A stretch of DNA of 64,000 bases from Mycobacteriales bacterium (GTDB lineage Bacteria; Actinomycetota; Actinomycetes; JAFAQI01): NCBI GenBank assembly GCA_035690365.1, contig DASSKP010000034.1:9209-73208 (forward strand), read 5' to 3'. Position numbers and translations under genes: made by a program. Shown here in pieces: positions 61,428-64,000 of the stretch (position 1 is its first letter; each line of letters starts with the position of its first letter). The notes under the pieces were generated by a model. The model ran no database searches, was not told the origin of the DNA, and saw only the letters and a list, made by a program, of their open reading frames with translations.

Positions 61428-61462
61428 AGCGGCCCGCCACCTCGGGGGGATGGAGGGCCGCT
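61428..61462 (-). terminator. hairpin AGCGGCCC-N19-GGGCCGCT downstream of the His-tailed protein gene
   Basis: Perfect 8-bp GC-rich stem, 24 nt beyond stop 61486 on the minus strand. Confidence 0.35.
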
Positions 61463-61485
61463 GCTCATGTGGGCGATGGGCGAGG

Positions 61486-62106
61486 TCAGTGGTGACCGTG
61501 CCCGTGACCGTGCGAGCCGCTGTGGCCGTGGCCGCCGCCGGAGACCGTCGAGCCGGAGACCGTCGAGTCGGTGCTCGTCGAGTCGGTGCTCGTGGAGTCG
61601 GTCGAGGTGCTGCTCGTCGCGGCGCTGCTCTCGGGGTCGGTGCTGCCACCGCTCGTCGAGTCGCTGGAGGACTTGCCGCAGTCCGACTGCGCGGCTGCGG
61701 AGACCGCCATGCCGTGCGCGTTCGGGGCGTCGCCCGGCTGGCGCGGCTGGTGTGCGACCGAGGAGACGTACTGGCCGTGGTTGGTCAGGCCGGCCGGGCA
61801 GCTCGGGGAGCTCGACGGCGTGCCGGCGGCGGTCGACTCGGGGTCGGTCGTCGGGGTGCCGGCGGCGGTCGACTCGGGGTCGGTCGTCGGGGTGCCGGCG
61901 GCGGTCGACTCGGGGTCGGTGGTCGGGGTCGGAGTCACGTCGGTGCTCGTGGACTGCGTGACCACGGTGGTGCTCGAAACCGGTGCGGACGAGACGGCCG
62001 AAGCAACGGCGAGGCCACCGCCGGCGGTCACGGCCGCGGTGGCCGCGACCGCGGTTGCGAGCTTGGCGTTGCCGGCCAGCAGGGCCAGCAGCGAGGCGGG
62101 AGTCAT
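61486..62106 (-). CDS. repeat-containing exported/anchored protein with a C-terminal His-Gly tail
   Basis: GGAGG RBS and a hydrophobic N-terminus. Three copies of TPTTDPESTAAG, a core flanked by Cys (CPAGLTNHGQYVSSVA...NAHGMAVSAAAQSDCGK), STDSTSTDSTSTDS, and the tail GGGHGHSGSHGHGHGHH. Confidence 0.8.
   Translation of the reverse strand: MTPASLLALLAGNAKLATAVAATAAVTAGGGLAVASAVSSAPVSSTTVVTQSTSTDVTPTPTTDPESTAAGTPTTDPESTAAGTPTTDPESTAAGTPSSSPSCPAGLTNHGQYVSSVAHQPRQPGDAPNAHGMAVSAAAQSDCGKSSSDSTSGGSTDPESSAATSSTSTDSTSTDSTSTDSTVSGSTVSGGGHGHSGSHGHGHGHH
61820..61927. repeat. 3 x 36-bp tandem repeat (coding, TPTTDPESTAAG units)
   Basis: Units begin at 61820, 61856 and 61892. The first two are identical and the third has one substitution. 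Confidence 0.9.
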
Positions 62107-62216
62107 CAGGAACCTCCGGATGCGAGGGGGCGTTCCCGCCGGATTGGCGGGCTCACTCCATCAACCGGCGCAACGACCGCTAGGCGTTACGGCCTGATCA
62201 CTTTTTCCTAGGTACT

Positions 62217-62588
62217 TCACACGAACGGCTCAACGTGCGGGCCGCCGGCGGCCTCCCACTCCGCGACGACCTTCTTCGGCACGCACATGCGCCAGGCGTC
62301 GGCGACGAGCTCGCGCAGCTCGTCGAGATCGAGCGCCGCCATCCGCGCACGCACCCAGTTGAACCGAAGGTCCGAAGTGCGCGGCATGAGGAACTTGTCC
62401 GGCTCGCCGGCGACGAGCGCGTCACGCATCTCCTTCGGATAGGCGAAGCCGAGTATCTCCTCGTCCGGGGAGAGCGCGAGATAGACGATGCTGCGGATCC
62501 GCCAGCGCGGGCTGTCACGGACGAGTGCCTCGGTCGAGCGCGGCAGGCTGTTGGCAAGGCGCCGTACGTCGTCCGCGGTCACCGGCAC
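62217..62588 (-). CDS. MmcQ/YjbR family protein
   Basis: VTADDVRRLANSLPRSTE...LDELRELVADAWRMCVPKK fits the YjbR-like pattern. Confidence 0.7.
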   Translation of the reverse strand: MPVTADDVRRLANSLPRSTEALVRDSPRWRIRSIVYLALSPDEEILGFAYPKEMRDALVAGEPDKFLMPRTSDLRFNWVRARMAALDLDELRELVADAWRMCVPKKVVAEWEAAGGPHVEPFV

Positions 62589-62595
62589 GGCAGGT

Positions 62596-63132
62596 TCACT
62601 CCCCGGTGGCGCCGTCGATCGCTTCGCGCAGCAGGTCGGCGTGCCCGTTGTGCCGGGCGTATTCCTCGATCATGTGGAGGTAGAGCCAGCGGACGTCACG
62701 CTCGTGATGGCGATGGTGGTGCTCCGCCCCGCAGCTGACGACCTCGTCGAGCGAGGTGCTCGCCACCGCCTCGCGCGCGGCGGCGCACTCCTTCTCGAAC
62801 GCCGCGACCACGTGGCCGGCCGGCGCGCCGTCGAGGTCTTCGAAGTCGGCGTCCGGCCACTCGTCGGTGGAGAACTGCAGGTCGAGCTGCTCGCCGGCCC
62901 CGTGCATCCGGAACCACCAGCGCTCGACATCGGTCATGTGCCGCAGGATGCCCAGAAGCGTCAGCCCCGACGTCGGCACCGACCGCTGCTTGAGCTGGTC
63001 GTGGGTCAGGCCCGAGCACTTGTGCAGCAGCGTCGCGCGGTGGTAGTCGAGCCACTGCTCGAGTGACCGGCGCTCCGGTCCCTGCATGTCGGGCTCGCTC
63101 CGGTCGATGGTCGGTGCCGTCCAGTCAGCCAT
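62596..63132 (-). CDS. DinB family protein (DUF664, mycothiol-transferase-like)
   Basis: ATG 63132. Motifs LLGILRHMTDVERWWF and HMIEEYARHNGHADLLRE. The track extension to 63291 was rejected. Confidence 0.8.
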   Translation of the reverse strand: MADWTAPTIDRSEPDMQGPERRSLEQWLDYHRATLLHKCSGLTHDQLKQRSVPTSGLTLLGILRHMTDVERWWFRMHGAGEQLDLQFSTDEWPDADFEDLDGAPAGHVVAAFEKECAAAREAVASTSLDEVVSCGAEHHHRHHERDVRWLYLHMIEEYARHNGHADLLREAIDGATGE

Positions 63133-63194
63133 GCCGGGGACGCTACTGCGGCGCACCGACAGGAACTGATCGCTTTTCGGCGAAGTGTCGAAAC

Positions 63195-64000
63195 ATGGCG
63201 AAAGCGCGCACCTTGATCGCAGTGACGTCCGCCGCAGCCGTCCTCGCCGGCGGCGCTGCCTGGGCGGAGCGCCCGATCCGGGTCGATCCACCGATCGGTT
63301 CGCGATCCGGGTTGCCGACCGTGTCGTCCGGACCGCGCCCCGGCCCGGCGATCCTCTACGCGAAGCCGCCGCGCGCCCCGCAGCTGAAGAACACCGGCTT
63401 CTGGCACGCCGCGCCGATCCTCGTCTCCGGCGCGCAGTCCTACCGCGACGGCGAGTTCGTCTACCAGGACTACCTCTACGACGACCACGGCGCGACGGGG
63501 GTCAAGGACACCAACGACCCGTACGGCGCCAGCGCCGATCTCTACTCGCCGCCGCAGGGCACGTTCACCTATCCCACGGCGAAGGTCTACGCCAACGACG
63601 CCGCCGACCTCGTCGAGTTCCGCACCAAGCCGCTCGCGACCGGCACGGCCTTCCGCGTGACGTTCAACACCCTGCAGGACCCGGCGAAGTCTGCATTCAC
63701 CGTCGCCCTCGGATCATCGGCGTCGTCGGTGGCGTGGCCGTTCGGTGCAGGCGTCTCCTCTCCGGCGCAGGAGTTCCTCACCTGGCACGGCTCGCGCGCC
63801 GACCTCACGTCGGCGCAGCCCGGCAGGTCGACGGCGCTCTCCGGCCGCTACGTGCAGGTCGACCGGCTGCGGCGGCAGGTCACTGTCGTCGTACCGCACT
63901 CGATGTGGAACCCCGGCCACTCGTCGGTGCGCATGACGGTGGGCACCGGTCTGTGGGACGCCGGGAACAACTCCTACCTCAAGCCTCAGGTCGGTTCCGC
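63195..64000 (+). CDS. secreted protein, 3' end beyond the window (glucodextranase-DOMON-like N-terminal pattern)
   Basis: It is absent from the track because there is no stop inside the window. ATG 63195 gives MAKARTLIAVTSAAAVLAGGAAWA (signal peptide). GC3 is high to the window edge. GTFTYPT...ADLVEFR resembles glucodextranase-like domains. Confidence 0.7.
   Translation, partial: MAKARTLIAVTSAAAVLAGGAAWAERPIRVDPPIGSRSGLPTVSSGPRPGPAILYAKPPRAPQLKNTGFWHAAPILVSGAQSYRDGEFVYQDYLYDDHGATGVKDTNDPYGASADLYSPPQGTFTYPTAKVYANDAADLVEFRTKPLATGTAFRVTFNTLQDPAKSAFTVALGSSASSVAWPFGAGVSSPAQEFLTWHGSRADLTSAQPGRSTALSGRYVQVDRLRRQVTVVVPHSMWNPGHSSVRMTVGTGLWDAGNNSYLKPQVGS

Noticed and set aside
61820-61927. Regularly spaced 36-bp repeats, considered as a possible CRISPR array.
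   Set aside because: The repeats are contiguous with no spacers. They are in frame, encoding TPTTDPESTAAG x3 inside a CDS, and no cas genes are present.

Overview
This is a 64 kb, high-GC (about 70%) chromosomal segment of Actinomycetota type. Supporting signs are mycothiol-type ADH and DinB genes, an LPXTG protein, NrtR-nadABC and several leaderless-looking starts. It codes densely on both strands. I can support about 60 CDS. Most other track ORFs are antisense or out-of-frame artefacts of high-GC DNA, with Arg/Pro/Ala-rich translations. I saw no rRNA, tRNA, CRISPR array, transposase or integrase.

Layout:
- 1-14.2 kb: an unusual concentration of peptidases (M20, M19, three S12, M55 DppA, S15 CocE/NonD, GGT, an alpha/beta hydrolase and an orphan binding lipoprotein). 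A strongly structured element lies in one divergent intergenic region.
- 14.3-17.3 kb: the locus I consider most novel. A Cys-free, internally duplicated Ala/Asn/Asp-rich protein is followed 20 nt later by a 773-aa site-2-protease (M50) membrane protein. That protein has a PqqD/RRE-like N-terminus and a duplicated CxxC extracytoplasmic domain.
- 17.3-27.3 kb: HxlR-thioesterase-MFS, a DrrAB-like ABC-2 exporter, an ADH, MarR and a GH3 lipoprotein.
- 27.4-35.2 kb: NrtR-nadABC, then upp, an NCS1 permease, a yeast-type cytosine deaminase with no canonical start codon, and an AKR.
- 35.3-40.0 kb: a lower-GC accessory patch holding an LPXTG surface-protein operon, an ECF sigma with a C-terminal extension, and an untracked small secreted Cys peptide.
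- 40-50.6 kb: ArsR/SRPBCC, a secreted propeller-like protein, MFS plus an unknown protein, an orphan PIN, DUF2630-CMD remnant-CDGSH, and a second CocE/NonD.
- 50.6-52.1 kb: small genes, each bounded by a repeated CGGCACCTA-containing motif.
- 52.8-53.7 kb: an XRE-nucleotidyltransferase TA-like pair with twin palindromic operators.
- 53.7-64 kb: SDR, an ArsR-SRPBCC fusion, an SNF2 helicase, an acyltransferase, a BNR propeller plus a MoaD-like GG protein, a His-tailed repeat protein, YjbR, DinB and a 3'-truncated secreted protein.

All family calls come from reading motifs by eye. No searches, HMMs or folding programs were run.
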